NCBI GenBank assembly: GCA_951406725.2
Contig: OX597816.1
Coordinates: forward strand, 113,026,001-113,090,000
Length of the DNA: 64,000 nt
DNA from: Octopus vulgaris
Taxonomy: Eukaryota
Direction of reading: 5' to 3'
Within the stretch, counting starts at the first letter, position 1; each line of letters begins with the position of its first letter. This document shows positions 26,640 through 40,795 of the stretch, in pieces. Below the pieces are notes generated by a model that was not told where the DNA came from, ran no database searches, and saw nothing but the letters and a program-made list of their open reading frames with translations. The position numbers and the translations under genes were made by a program.

Positions 26640-27140
26640 AGAGAAGCCTTGTGTATATACCATCAAGGGGACCTTGAAACACCTTCTTCTTCATGGTGAA
26701 GGTTTTGTCTCTATAGAGTAGAGTAGAATGTGCTCTATACACACACTGAAGATGTCCAGTCATATTGACTTTGAAATATTTGGTTGCCAGATGTTGTAAA
26801 GCTTGTTACAGGCACTCCAGTCTTGTCCTTTAGATGTCAAGAAATCTTTCTTACTGTCAGCAATGGTACTCTGAATCACCGATCTCTTTGAGTTGTGAAC
26901 CATCATTGGAACAATTTGGCAGGTGGCTTTTATTCTAACTGATGACCAAAACATCTCAGGATATGAACACAAGACCTAACTTATATGGATACTTTCCACT
27001 CATCTCTACTATTGTTGTTCACTGCAGAGCAGTAATTGCTAGCCACTGCTATCATACTGAACACCAAGCCATATCAGATGGTATATTTTGGAATTTCCCA
27101 TACCCTGATAGAATACAAAGACTGCATTGACATTTTCAGA
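26640..27140 (-). mobile_element. Decayed LINE RT C-terminal fragment of a different RTE-like family
   Basis: Minus strand STIADSKKDFLTSKGQDWSACNKLYNIWQPNISK resembles the S.I.DS.KDF..RK..AW.A.NKL..IW region downstream of RT domain 7. Confidence 0.6.
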
Positions 27141-27479
27141 AGAGGCACACTACTAACTTACTAATGTTTGTGTGAACAGAAATTCCTGGTATTATATGGT
27201 GAAACACATTAGAGTTGCAGCTACTTGAAGGAGAAAGGAGGAGGAGGAGGAAGAAATGTGTATTTACACATATGTGTGAGTCTATGGCTATGTGGATATA
27301 TTCCTGTACGTGCATAATTGCATGTCCATCTGTGGAGAGATATGTCTGTATGTGTACATATGTATATTTATCTATACATATATGTGTTTGTGTCTGTACA
27401 TATATATATATATATATATATAAATATATGATTTATAAACATATACATGCAGCCATATGTTTGTTTAGCTGAATGTATC

Positions 27480-27745
27480 CCCATGGTAGATTTTGTCTAC
27501 AGCTGGACACCCTTCCTAAACCATCCACTGCGAGAGTGTATTGGGTGCTCTTCACATGCCACCGGCATGAGTGCCATTTTCTTAACACCAGCAACTACAA
27601 TTTTGCTTGGATTGACAAGTCTTCTCAAGCACAGCATATCGCAAAAGGTCTCAGTCACTTGTCATTGCCTCTGTGAGACCCAATATTCGAAGATCATGCT
27701 TCACCATCTTGTCCCATGTTTTCTTGGGTTTATCTCTTCCACATA
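27480..27745 (-). mobile_element. RTE LINE ORF C-terminus and 3' UTR fragment
   Basis: KPKKTWDKMVKHDLRILGLTEAMTSD matches RPRKTWDKVTKHNLRTVGPTEAMTGD at 50.5 kb. Confidence 0.85.
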
Positions 27746-28022
27746 AAGAGAGAAAGGGACAGACAACATATGCTCTTACACATGATATATTTCTGTAGTG
27801 CAAACCTTCAATCATCATCACTGTTTCCAAATCCTCCTGCATTCCCATAGAATTATTGGTCCTCCAAAGATGACTTGGTGTACAAGTCAACCTTCCTTCT
27901 TTTGGGCTGAAATTCTTCCTCTGAAAAATTCAACCTGTATAACAATATATATATGGTATTAAGAAATACACTCTGCTCAAAACAAAATTCAATAGTTTTC
28001 ATATTTAATGTTTATATATATA

Positions 28023-28372
28023 TCATCATCATCGTTTAGCGTCCGCTTTCCATGCTAGCATGGGTTGGACGGTTCAACTGGGGTCTGGGAAGCCAGAAGG
28101 CAGCACCAGGCCCAGTTTGATCTGGCAATGTTTCTACAGCTGGATGCCCTTCCTAACGCCAACCACTCTATGAGTGTAGTGGGTGCTTTTTACGTGCCAC
28201 TGGCATAGGTGCCAGACGAGTCTGGCAAATGGCCACGATCGGATGGTGCTTTTTATGTGTCACCGGCACGGGGGCCAGGCGAGGCTGGCAACGGCCACGA
28301 ATGGATGGTGCTTTTTACGTGCCACCGGCATGAGGCCAGTTGGGGCGGCGCTGGCAACGGCCACGTTCGGAT
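28023..28372 (-). mobile_element. Young, CpG-retaining RTE 3' UTR copy with three ~62-bp subrepeats
   Basis: catcatcatcgtttagcgtccgctttccatgctagc...; gtgcttttta(c/t)gtg occurs three times at ~62-63 bp spacing. Confidence 0.88.
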
Positions 28373-28420
28373 CAATATATATATATATATATATATATGG
28401 AAAGCAGACATTAAATGATG

Positions 28421-28464
<44 letters not shown>

Positions 28465-28492
28465 CTGTTGTAATTTAATCATCCATAGTCTG

Positions 28493-28529
28493 ATATGATA
28501 TTTCGGAATAATATTCTTTCTTCAGATAT
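28493..28529 (-). ncRNA. Minimal hammerhead ribozyme motif, intact core
   Basis: Minus strand ATAT CTGAAGA AA GAAT ATT ATTC C GAAA TATC ATAT. Confidence 0.6.
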
Positions 28530-28584
28530 TCTTAAGATGGAGTCACTATGAGAAAACTGATTATAACAGCGACTCCATCTAAGA

Positions 28585-28621
28585 ATATCTAAAGAAGGAA
28601 TATTATTCCGAAATATCATAT
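28585..28621 (+). ncRNA. Minimal hammerhead ribozyme motif with G5A core change
   Basis: ATAT CTAAAGA A GGAAT ATT ATTCC GAAA TATC ATAT. Confidence 0.55.
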
Positions 28622-28752
28622 CAGACTATGGATGACTAAATTACAACAGGTATATAGCCCATTGTCTGTATTATAGTGCATTGTTGAACCATTCAAAACT
28701 TTTTATTCTTTACAAACAATGCACAATGCTTCAAGCGAACTACAATACTCTC

Positions 28753-28918
<166 letters not shown>

Positions 28919-30149
28919 CAGGTCTATATCATTTCCTATAATACTTTTATATTGGCAAATTTTCTTTACAGAAGAATTATATAACCAGTTCATTTGAAAG
29001 AACAATCTAAATATTTCCTGGAAACTGGATTTTCCTTTATTGTAATACTTAGAGTTTGTTTTTGTTTTTTTCACAACATTTTTGTAATCATTCTCATGGC
29101 TGATAATCAAAACATAAAGTATTGGTTAACTGCTAATAGTTTTGGAACTCTATCAAGTATTTTAGCTCTGTATATTATAGGGTTCCAAGAAATCTTATCT
29201 ATAAAACATTAACAGATAGTTTGTGGATGGTGTATGTAAGAGATGTAACGATATTCCACAAATAGACATAGTTTTGAACTCAAGATTCAGTTTTGGATTA
29301 CATTCTTGAGTTAAGGGTGTTTACCTCATATTTTCAGATATTATATCAGTCTGTTGTTCATAGGTTTTATATAGATTTATAATCAAATACATAGTGCTAA
29401 TGACAAGCTTAGATTTTCACTCTCATTTTTCTACAAAAGAATATTGTTTTGCTAAAAGTGTTATAAAATTACTAGTCAACAACACATCTATTTCATTTGT
29501 TTCATTTATAAGACATGGATGAATTATAATACCTTCTCCTTCTCCTTTATTATGATATTCCATATATGTTAGAAACTGATTTATTTATGGACTTCTGTAA
29601 CTAACCAGTTCACTGAAATTTCTCTTATTTTCACACAGTGTTTTTTGTCCAACTATGTTTATAAAAGAAATGCAAATATTGGTGCGTAATTCTCAATTAC
29701 AAACTCAATATGAATACAGTTTGACACCTTTCACTACATACCTTCAAATTATACTCCCCCTCTTCCTCCACTTCATCATCCTGATTGTTTTTTTAGTAAT
29801 AGAACACTAAGAAGTTTTGTAGACCTATTTATTTTAAAAGATTAATGGCTACCCATCAAGGTAGCTGGCATTGTCCAGACCATAAATAGCAGCAGCACTT
29901 ACAATCTCTTTGCCTACACTATCACATATTTACATCAGCTTTGCTTAATAAATGTGGGTTGAATATATAATCATTTTCCATCATCTTGATTCTATTTTTG
30001 TTGTTGAACCCCTATTGAGAAGGGGTCAGTTTCAAAGTTCTTTTCTCTAAATTTTCTTTGTGTTTTATGCTCCATCAAGCAAAATTTCTCCACCAATTCT
30101 TCCATAAGCAATAGTTACCAGATTTTTCTGACAAATACCAGCACTTGCT

Positions 30150-30198
<49 letters not shown>

Positions 30199-31219
30199 TG
30201 AGAGAGAGAGATACTTCTACATTTAAATCTGTCTGATTGGAATCATGCTGGCTTTCCAGTAGAGAATTTGAAGTTTGCTGATAAAATAATGCATTGATAA
30301 AGTTAAGATTTTGGAGAAAGAGAGGGAGAGGAGTCTTTTAATGTCTACCTACCCATTTATTGTTTTGGTGTTGTTATTGTATTACACATTATCTTCTTGT
30401 ACAACATTTCTTCCTCAAATCACACTTTGGAAATTGACCAAGTATTCTTTATCTAAGACATTTGGGGCTCTTTATTTCTGAGATTTCTCATAGTAAAGCC
30501 ACTTAACCCATATACAAACTTATACATAATTTGGCTAATACTATTCTGTAGTATTGTTATTCACCTCATTTATTTTTATTCTTATACAAACATTTAAAAA
30601 TAATTTTCTATGTACAACTTTGCCCTAGTTATTCTGAAATGTTATGTAATTTTTCAGCACAGTCTCCAATATTATTTTTAACATTAATTCTTTCGTATTA
30701 TTCACAAAGTTTTTATTCCATATAGAAATGAAACCTTTTGTCCAAAACATGTTATCATTTTTGTTTTAATGGCTTCAGTTTTTGTGTCAATGCTTTAGAA
30801 TGCAGGTCTGTGGAATAGATTATATACTGTATCTCTCCACTTACATAATCATCTCCAGGAGTATTGAATTAGATGCATTTTTGTGAAACAGTAAAAGGTT
30901 GGTTGGTTATGGCTTTGTAGTTAAAATGTTTACCAATTATGTGGTTTCAGGTTTGATATCATTGTGCAGCAGCAAGGCCAAATGAGTTGACTAAACTTTG
31001 TATGTGTGAACTTTGGTCGCAGGAAATTGTGTAGGAGCCCTTCAGAAATTACTTCTGTTCTTAAACATTATTATTAATAATCTTCTCACCAATTGAGAAA
31101 TAAGACCTCAACAATCAATTACCATTCAGACTGGTTTTCAACTTTTAAACAACTTTTTGTACCTTGTTATATGTAAGATCTCAGCTGTTCTATATGAGAT
31201 GATATTTCACTATTTAGGT

Positions 31220-31477
31220 CAGTGTTTCTCAACCATTTTCCCCTTATGGAACCCTTTGAGTCCTATTTTGTCAGGGTGGACTGTCGCAGCTATTCTATGT
31301 TTAAAAAAAATTCTGTTAAATTTTTTATAATTAAATATTATTACGAATTGTATGTAAAAAAATCATTAAAATATTTAGTGTATTGTAGAATTATAAGCAA
31401 TTTATTGCTCACAAATTTTGACAAAATATCGTATATGGACCTCCAAGGGCTATATGGACCCTAGTTGAAAACCACTG
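31220..31477. mobile_element. hAT (Charlie-like) MITE
   Basis: TIRs cagtgtttctcaac / gttgaaaaccactg; 8-bp TSD atttaggt vs atctaggt. Confidence 0.85.
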
Positions 31478-34400
31478 ATCTAGGTTTTCACTTTCATGAT
31501 CATTTTCATTTTAATGCTTCTCCTAGTATTCTTCATTGTCCAGTCTGATTGAGTGGCTTAGTCATTTAAGTTGCCAGTGTTTCAATTCAAGAAACACACA
31601 ATTGCAACCAGTTTTATTGTCCATTTCTCTTCCTTTATAGTCCAACTTTCTTGCTGTTCTCTTTGTGGCTCTGAAAAAGGATCTTAGACACTATCTCCTC
31701 TTCATCTGACTAGTGATTAAAATAAATAAAACTAACTTCCACATAGTTACAGAATTAGAACTTGGATTTTAATGTCCATGAATTTATCTTAAAATTATAA
31801 TACTCTGCTTATTATTATATTTTATCAACTAAGATAAGTGAAGAAGTTTTTTTTAATATGTACTGCATTAATTTATATTCTGATGATTAACTGTTTTTGT
31901 ACTGTCCAAAATATTTGATTACTCTTCTGAATATAAAGATATAAAAAAGAATAAAGGGTCAAGCTCTTCTGAAATTTAATAGTTTTCTCAGGAAACCTTC
32001 TTACATTTCTTGAAGATGTAAAGTTATATATATGTCTATCGATAAGATATCAGCAGTATTACTATGTGCATTGATTATATGTAAACAAGAAGAAAGTATA
32101 CTTTGATAGGAGGCAATTAAAATGCATTAGGAGAAATGTCAAAATGTGGTTCATATTTGTTGTTAATGTAAGACAAGTGAAGATAAAAGCATGTTAAGAG
32201 TGGTAATCTTTAGAACTGTTGACTATTTTATCTAAAGTGTCTTTTTTACAAAGCAGAGTGTTAGAAAGTCAAGTGAGAGAGAGCAAGTAACATTTCTCTT
32301 TTTTATTTTTCTTTAAAAAAAGCAAAATTTTGATGATGAGAGATGTCAAATTCTCACAAAGAAACAATTAGCTTACTTCATCTCATCTTGATACTTAATC
32401 ATTATCGTGACATTTCCTGTCAACTATTGTTTTGAAATTCATTGCTTTAAGATCTACCTGCTGGTGGAGCAGAAAAGAGCTAAATTAAAAGAGTTTTAAG
32501 TATTTTGCTCTGATCTTGTATGTATGTATGTGTGTATGTATGTATGTGTGTGTGTGTGTGCATGCATGCATGCACATATGTACATATGTATGCATGCATA
32601 TATGTATATATGTATGCATGCATGTATGTACATATGTATGTATGTCTCTCCTAAAAGAGTTATAATATTTCACAAAGTTAGTATATTGACAAATAGTAGA
32701 ACATGTAACTAAATGGCCTTTAGTTTTAGCTTCTTTTTTTTTTTTTTCTGGACGTGACATTGTATAATTGAGCATGGTGATGTGTCCAGAAATATCAACC
32801 ATACGAAAATATCATTCTTCAAGATTGCAATTTTCTTTACAAACACACCAAAGTTCTTACTCTTTTACCTTCGGTCACTTGCCTCAGATTTACAATGCAA
32901 GTTCAACACACAGGGTAAAGGGGTCCATAGTTCAGCTGGCTCATTCAATTTCAGTTCAAAATTCAAGAAATATGCTCTAACATCTTACTGATGCTATGCT
33001 GTTGGAAAACAATCCGCAATTATAAAAGAAGAAACCTCAGCTGTGCTTGCATTTGCTGGTACTAACCATATTAAATTACAAGTTTAACTTAGTAATGACA
33101 GATAACCTAGAAATACAGTATAAAACTTAGTTTTATATCTGAAGATATAACCAATGCTGAAATAAATAAGAAAACACATACTTGTTGTCATTGAGGTTAG
33201 TATTGCATACAAACTAACTTGAGAAAACAGTCCAAGAACGATATATTGCAGTCTGTTCTCCCATTTCTATAACCTTTCAAAGTTTACTGGCTATTCTTTA
33301 TAGCTTTTACAACTTTTCTCAGCTAATAACAGTTGTCAGTTAATACTTTCTCTATCTTAAGAACTTACACCAGATGCTATCTCTGTGTTCAGGCAGTTAA
33401 TCTGAAAAATATATTTTCTTACTGGGCTGTGTGCTTTATGTTGGTGTGGTTATCTGTCTATTATTAGCCTATTACTTTACAATCTTGTTTTGATTCTTTC
33501 TTTGTAATGTAGCATCAAGGTGGTTGTGGCATATAGACTTTGTAAAAAATAAATGTGACTGATATCTTTAACAAGTTTTGGTGATACTACTACTATTTTT
33601 AATGAACAGAATCATTTGCAACAAAACATAGATACCAGTGGAAATTTCCTAAAATTGTCATCAATGGGTATTTTTTGTATGCTTTGACTATGGTGCTTTA
33701 CAACTAAAGTTGACATGTGAGACAAAAACTGACATCACATTTGGAATCAGTACTCTCATATTACCATACGTTATGGCATAAAAGATGCATGGATATATTA
33801 GATGAACCCCAATTTCAGCCGCACATATTCAAGAAAAGTTTTCAGGGTATAAAAAGGACTTGAGTTGATTTTTTTTTAAAGATATTTTTTGAAGAAAAGA
33901 AAAAGTACATCTTATATACCATCAAATGTTGTAGCTTACAACTGTCTTCGCTTTGGAAATATAAAAAATAATCAATAAATAAATAAGCAAAATTGTCGCA
34001 GATCAGTGTTATGAATTCACACTGAACATTCAAATGAAGCTCCTACATTAGAAAACATAGATACACAGTGATAACAATAATGAATTAATTACACTTCTGT
34101 AGGAAGTTTGAAAATGTTCATAAGAATAACAGTGGTGAATTACATAATTTTTTCTTTTTATTTATTTTTATTTTATTTACATACCAACAAAAAAACAGAC
34201 CTCTCCTGATCTTGTTGGTAGAATGGTGTGATGAAATTTACACAACAGATGGTTTGTGAACACAGATTTGAGATAGGATAAAATTCAAATATAGATGTAA
34301 CAGATATCAATTTTCTACAACTTCAATCTAGGCAGACTTCATATTGTAATAATGTTAAATAATAGTCAACCCAAAAGAGAAAATATAGATAACATTTTTT

Positions 34401-34844
34401 TAAAGCTGGTAGAAGTTATTCTACAAAGCTAAAACAATAAGCTAACTGTTAATTGAATGACAGAAAGGGTGAAAAAATGAAACAGGTTAGCCACATCTGT
34501 CTCTGACATTCAAGAGATGAGACAGTCATGTGTTCTCTTAAACAGCTAAAGCATGGTGCATTGACTACTTTTCTCTGATTGGCTGAAATAACTCAAACGG
34601 TAGCAACAACTAAACTATAATGTCATCTGCATAAAATTATTATAGTTTATATTTTCTATGTACTACCAGATGGCAGAGCCCTTCTGACTTACTGACACTG
34701 TACTTCAAAGTAGTTAAACATGTTCTTCCAATGGTAGGTGATGTAAAGGTTTCAATCTGACAGTAATGCATGCACTTAACAGTAACAAGTTTCAAATTGT
34801 AATATTATTAAGGGTTTGTTATAGAAAATGTTTATCCATATTTC

Positions 34845-35230
34845 TTATCTTTTACTTCTTTCACTCATTTGAATGTGGCCATGCTGGGGCACCACCTTGA
34901 AAGCTTTAGTAGAACAAATTGACCCCAGACCTTTTTTTTTTGTTGTTTTAAAGCCTTGTACTTATTCTACCAATGTTTTTTGCTAAACCACTAAGTTATG
35001 GAATGTAAGCACACCAACACCAGTTATCACGTGGTGGAGGGGGACAAACATAGATATATATACAAATATGTATATATATGACAGGCTTGTTTCTACCAAA
35101 TCCACTCACAAGGCTTTGGTTGGCCTAAGGTTATAGTAGGACACTTGCCCAAGGTGCCACATAGTGGGACTGAATTGGAACCAAGTGGTTGGGAAGCAAG
35201 TTTCTTAACCTTCAGCCATGCCTGCACCTA
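34845..35230 (-). mobile_element. SINE family A, near full length
   Basis: Reverse complement of 6838-7178 and 37972-38500 (ccaaatccactcacaaggctttgg...cacttgcccaaggtgccac). Confidence 0.85.
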
Positions 35231-36576
35231 TATGTTTGTGTTTATAAACTCAAATGTTTAATTCAATGTTGTAGAAATAGTATTATGTATGTTTTTAAAT
35301 TAAAATTTCTTTTGAAAATCATACATGGTAAGATCAAATAATGTTGCTGTTGTAGACAGAAAAGAAAATAGTGTATCTGGTATGGAAAGAAGACTGACAG
35401 AAAACGGGATACACGAATTGATTTCTTGTGCCTTGTTGTTTAAAATTAACTGAAATGAAAGTTCTACATGAAGAAAATGGTTTCTGTAGTATTGACATCT
35501 GCCAAGGAAAAGTGTGATATTACAATTTGGTATTTTATTTAACTAAAAGTAAGAGTGAGAGTAACTAAATGAAAGTAGAAAATCTATTTCCACTGGTTGA
35601 GTTATGTTTAAAAAGAGACAAACAAATATACAGTTTGCTCATGTAGGCTGCTGAGTAAAGAAAATAAACAGCTTTGCATTCTGTTTTATGTAGCCATGTT
35701 AATTAATGGCTGAGAGTATTGGCTTATTGCTCCAATAAACCAATAAGAAACAGTGAACACAAACTTCATCTGGTTGTATTATGTCTGGTATGAGATCGCT
35801 ACAACCTCTGAAGGAAAAAAAAATATGGACTCAATTATTTAACTTCTGTGAAAATTATACACATACTATGACTTGTTTATTATAAAAGACAAGGTTTTCA
35901 AAGTGATGTTAATTGATAAATAGTGTTACAATTGTTTCATTTATTTTTTAATCTGTGTTCCTATGAATATACTCCTTTTTTCATTTATGGTTATAAAGGA
36001 ACCTTTTTTCATTAAAACGAAAAAAAGAGTAATTTCAGAAGAACACTTAGTACATTTTTCTCCATTTGAAATCTCTTTTGTAAATTGTTAGATAAAGCAA
36101 AATATTCTTCAATAGTTATAAATCTGTTGAAAGGATATTGGCCAAATATTCCAGATTTAATATTTCCAATTGCCTGGTTTGTGTAAGCCTTATTGAAAAA
36201 TTGAGATTATATGCTGATGTACCATTATGCAAAATCTATGCTGAGAATATGGGAAGGTATCAGTGATATGAAAGTTTTTGGTGTTGATGCTTATTCCCAG
36301 ACCAGCAGTGATCCAACAGTTCTATTATCAAAGTATTCCAGCCATAACCATCACATATTATTTTTTCAGGTATCTTCTGTCTAATACTGCATTATTTAAT
36401 ATAGTCTTAGAGATAGTCTTTTTTAAGATAGTAGAATATGTTTTAAAGGAAAGTTGACTGTTAGTTTTAGCAGGTTGAGTGACTACAGAGAAATTACCTC
36501 CCTGACTAGCAGCAGAGGAGATGTAGCCACAGATGAGCGAGTAGTTTGTTGATCTGAAAAAAAGAAGAGTGAGTGA

Positions 36577-36625
<49 letters not shown>

Positions 36626-37100
36626 CTTGAATTGATAATCAATTTCTTGAAAATGTAGTCAATAAATGTTAACAGAATGAAGTCTGAAGAATCACTTGCC
36701 TCACGAGTTATTGTTATATTTTTTATCACACAAAATTTCTTTAATTCTAACTAAAACAAAAACAAAAAAAACAATCTTCACGTAAAAAACATAACTTCAA
36801 CTTTTTAAAGCCATGGATTCTTTTATATTTGAGCTTAAATCCACAATTTGGTTAAGAAGTTCACTTCACAATCATGAGGTTTCAAAATCAATTCCTCTGC
36901 ATTGCACTTCTGCTGTAGACTTAGGATGACCAATACTTTTGTGAGTGAAATTTGGTGAATGGAAACTGTACAAACCCATGACATGGTTGGGTATTTATAT
37001 TTGGGCATGCCAATGTAAATTAGTGCCTAAAGCCACATTGTTTTGCATTAAAAAGCAGCTTAGCCAATCTAATGAGTTGGAGTGTACCTAAGCACTGTAG

Positions 37101-37103
<3 letters not shown>

Positions 37104-37147
<44 letters not shown>

Positions 37148-37365
37148 GGTGATAAGCCAATAAAATTGTTAGCACACAAAATGCTTAGCAGCATTTCATC
37201 CATCTTCCGTGATCAAATTCTACTGAGGTCACCTTTGTTTTTCATCCTTTCAGGGTCAATAGGATAAAGTACTAGTTGAGTACTGAGGTCACTGAAATTA
37301 ACTAGATACCCCTCCAATCCAAAATTTCAGGCTTTGTGCCTATAGAAGAAAGAATTATTATTATT
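37104..37365 (+). mobile_element. SINE family B embedded in (TTA)n
   Basis: (TTA)n at 37104-37146, then the SINE B body, ending gaagaaagaattattattatt. Confidence 0.75.
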
Positions 37366-37971
37366 TGGTTTGACTTAGGATTGGCCTTATTCTTGGTAAG
37401 GTTTATGTGGATAGCAGGTTACTAACTGTAGCCTTAGGTATACACAAGTTTTCAGTCTTTCAAGTGCTTAGAACCCACCTGATAATCCTTGCTCTCCCCA
37501 CAGAGCATATCAGGACAATTACCCCACTAGGACTACAACTGCCCCTCTTGGTTAATTACCTCCTCTCCAATATATTAAGAAGTTTTAAATCATCATCTAA
37601 AAGTGCAAATTATATGCGATTCCTTGCAAATATTGTGTCACATTTATATTTTCATAATTGCTAACTACAGCATTAATACAGTTTGAAACATCTAAATATT
37701 TCTTTCTGGAAATAATCAACAACAAACACATTTCATCAATATTAAAGTCTTTATTAGATTAAAAATAGCATAATCAAAACATGAAGATAAAACAAAACAA
37801 ATATGCTTTATTTTCTTCTGGGCACCAATGTACTGTAGCAGTAGCTTTTCATGTTGTTCATTGATCAACCTTTCCTCTGAAAAAATCAGTGGAATCATTT
37901 GATCTCCATACACTAATTATTTTTCTCCTGAAGCTTATAAAAAAATACATTAGGTGCACCTTTCTCTAAGC

Positions 37972-38500
<529 letters not shown>

Positions 38501-38649
38501 GCCACACACTAAATTTCCCAGGTAAAAAATAGCAGCTTATAGAGTGGAAAATACAGTACACATCGGGGGTTAACTGCTTAGGGATAATTGTCCTAGGGAG
38601 TTTTTGTCCTCAGGGGTAATTGTCCATTGGGGGTGGGGGTAAATGTCCT

Positions 38650-38960
38650 AGATTCCTACAGAGCATTCTATTCCAATCTCCTTCAGCCATTTTTTCGTCT
38701 CTTTGCTTACTGTTCCCAATGCACCACCTTTACAGTTCTCATTTTCAAATTCTTCCAATTTTAAGGGGCTGTATCTTTTTTGTTCTTCGTCCTCTTTCTT
38801 TACGATCCTGGAATCAAACAGGGATGATGGGTCAATTAGTAAGCAACTTTGCTTTTCCTTATCTATAATTGTTATGTCTGGTCTATTATTTTCTGACTTT
38901 TTGTCTGCTTGAATTGGAAATTTCTCACAAAATCTTAAATTTCTGCAACTCCAGTATTCT
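38650..38960 (-). mobile_element. Dong/R4-like restriction-like endonuclease domain fragment
   Basis: Stop-free frame from 38920: FPIQADKKSENNRPDITIIDKEKQSCLLIDPSSLFDSRIVKKEDEEQKRYSPL...GALGTVSKETKKWLKEIGI, containing the RPD..D RLE motif. Confidence 0.8.
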
Positions 38961-39016
38961 TTATCGTTATTATTATTTTTATTATTGTTACCATTATTTT
39001 TTTTTTCCTGGGTTAT

Positions 39017-39200
39017 CTATGTTATGAGTAGATGCAACACTTTCCCTAGCACTTGTGTTTTTTTCTGAGTATTGCTGCCAGCTGTGTACTTTCTATGAAG
39101 TTTAATATTTTCAGCTTCACATGTTAGAACACTACTTTCTTTGAGATGGTTCCAAGTGCACCAATCACAATAGGTATTGTACTCACTTTTGTGATTCAAT
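39017..39200 (-). mobile_element. Second Dong/R4-like C-terminal fragment, flanked by (TTA)n
   Basis: Minus strand IPIVIGALGTISK (39139-39177), then QLAAIL and VLGKVL-like sequence; TTA repeats at ~38968-38998 and 39261-39296. Confidence 0.75.
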
Positions 39201-39259
39201 GGATGTGCTTCACTTCCAATGCTAGGGTTTGGTACATTTTGACTTTTTTGTTCTCTGCC

Positions 39260-39296
<37 letters not shown>

Positions 39297-40795
39297 CATC
39301 ATCATCATACAAGTAGAGATTGACAAAATAAGTACCAGACTGAAATAGTCCTGCAGCCAATATAAGACCTGTGATCTAGTACTCTTGCATGGTTGCTAGT
39401 TAATGGTTGAAACAAGTGAAAGAAATTCATAGACTTAGGCCACTAAAATTATGCAGCATTGATTACAAAAAGAATGATTAAAAATTTTTTCTTTATCCTA
39501 AGGTAATTCTTTAGATAAGAGCAATTTGTCTGATAACCTATTATCTTTTAAGGTCACGTAAGTGTGATTTTAACACTAAAAAATAGTTAAAAATTTCCGA
39601 ACAAAAGTTAATTGTAGCCCAAATACATTTTAGTTTATGTTGTTTTCATGAATTTTCATTTTTTTTTTTTTTCCCAAAATGTATTACAACTGAACACAAT
39701 TTTAATGACAAAATTTTCAGTGTGAAAAATCAACATTAAAAAATAAAAACCAATTGAGGTCAAATCTAAATGTCTTCATAGGCATTTTTTAATATCTATG
39801 TAAATTCAGTTTTAACAATTATTAATACAACTTTTTATACTTACAAATTTAAGGAAACAAAAAAGAGCATTAAAAAAATTACATTCAGAATTATGTTTCT
39901 CAAGATATCTATATTATTTTTATGTCATTCTTGTTTCAAAACTGTTTCATGCAGTTTTTGTAAAATTTAAAAACAATTTTTGTATGTGAATTAAATTACA
40001 TTTTCTTTTAATATTGAATGCATTTTCTATTTTCCTCCTTTCCTCAAATCCAATTTTCACTATTTTATTGAATTCCTCCTTCAACAGAGCAAATAGTATT
40101 TCATTTATCTTATCACCAATGATCAATTTCTGTATCCTTTGTGGCTATGCTGGGGCATAAACAGCAAACAGTATAAACATAGACACATAAACACACAAAT
40201 GTGGTGTGCCAGTGCACAATTTCCATCTCTCAAATTTCTTCCTCCAAAGTATAGAGCAACTCAAGACTACAGTAGAAACACTTGCCGGAGACACCATATA
40301 GTGAGATCAAACCCAGAAGTATGATGTGAAGCAAACTTCTTTAAGAGAGAGCCCTGCCTCTGTGTGTGTCTGTGTGTATTTGGGAAAATTTTATAAGAAA
40401 GAAATTGTATATTAAGATGAGCTTGGTATATCTCTCGTGAGTGTCTTATTTGGATTAGTTGATTTGTACTAGTGTAGCACTAACTTCTACTGTTCATGAT
40501 GCAATAGGACAATGCAAAAGACGTGGAATGGACTGATCTAATTAATCTGGGATCTCACTTTTCACATGACCCTTGCAATCCAAACTTGACTGACATCTTG
40601 ACTGATGATGAGGACCTAGTCTACGAGAAGTCATTGGTTAGACCCAGGATGTATCCATTCTTTTTTTGTATTTGTCATCCATCTGGAAGTCTGTGCAGGT
40701 TAAGAGTGTTTCTCAGAACACATGGTCAACGGAAGTAGCTCATTTTTAGTCATTGTCTCAGACTCTTCTATATGCCTTATACCTTCCCTACGTTT

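Larger units (their letters stand above)
28463..28651. repeat. Near-perfect inverted repeat (arms 28463-28544 and 28571-28651, 26-nt spacer), probably an inverted Penelope-like pLTR segment
   Basis: The arms are reverse complements with 3 substitutions and a 1-nt indel. Confidence 0.95.
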
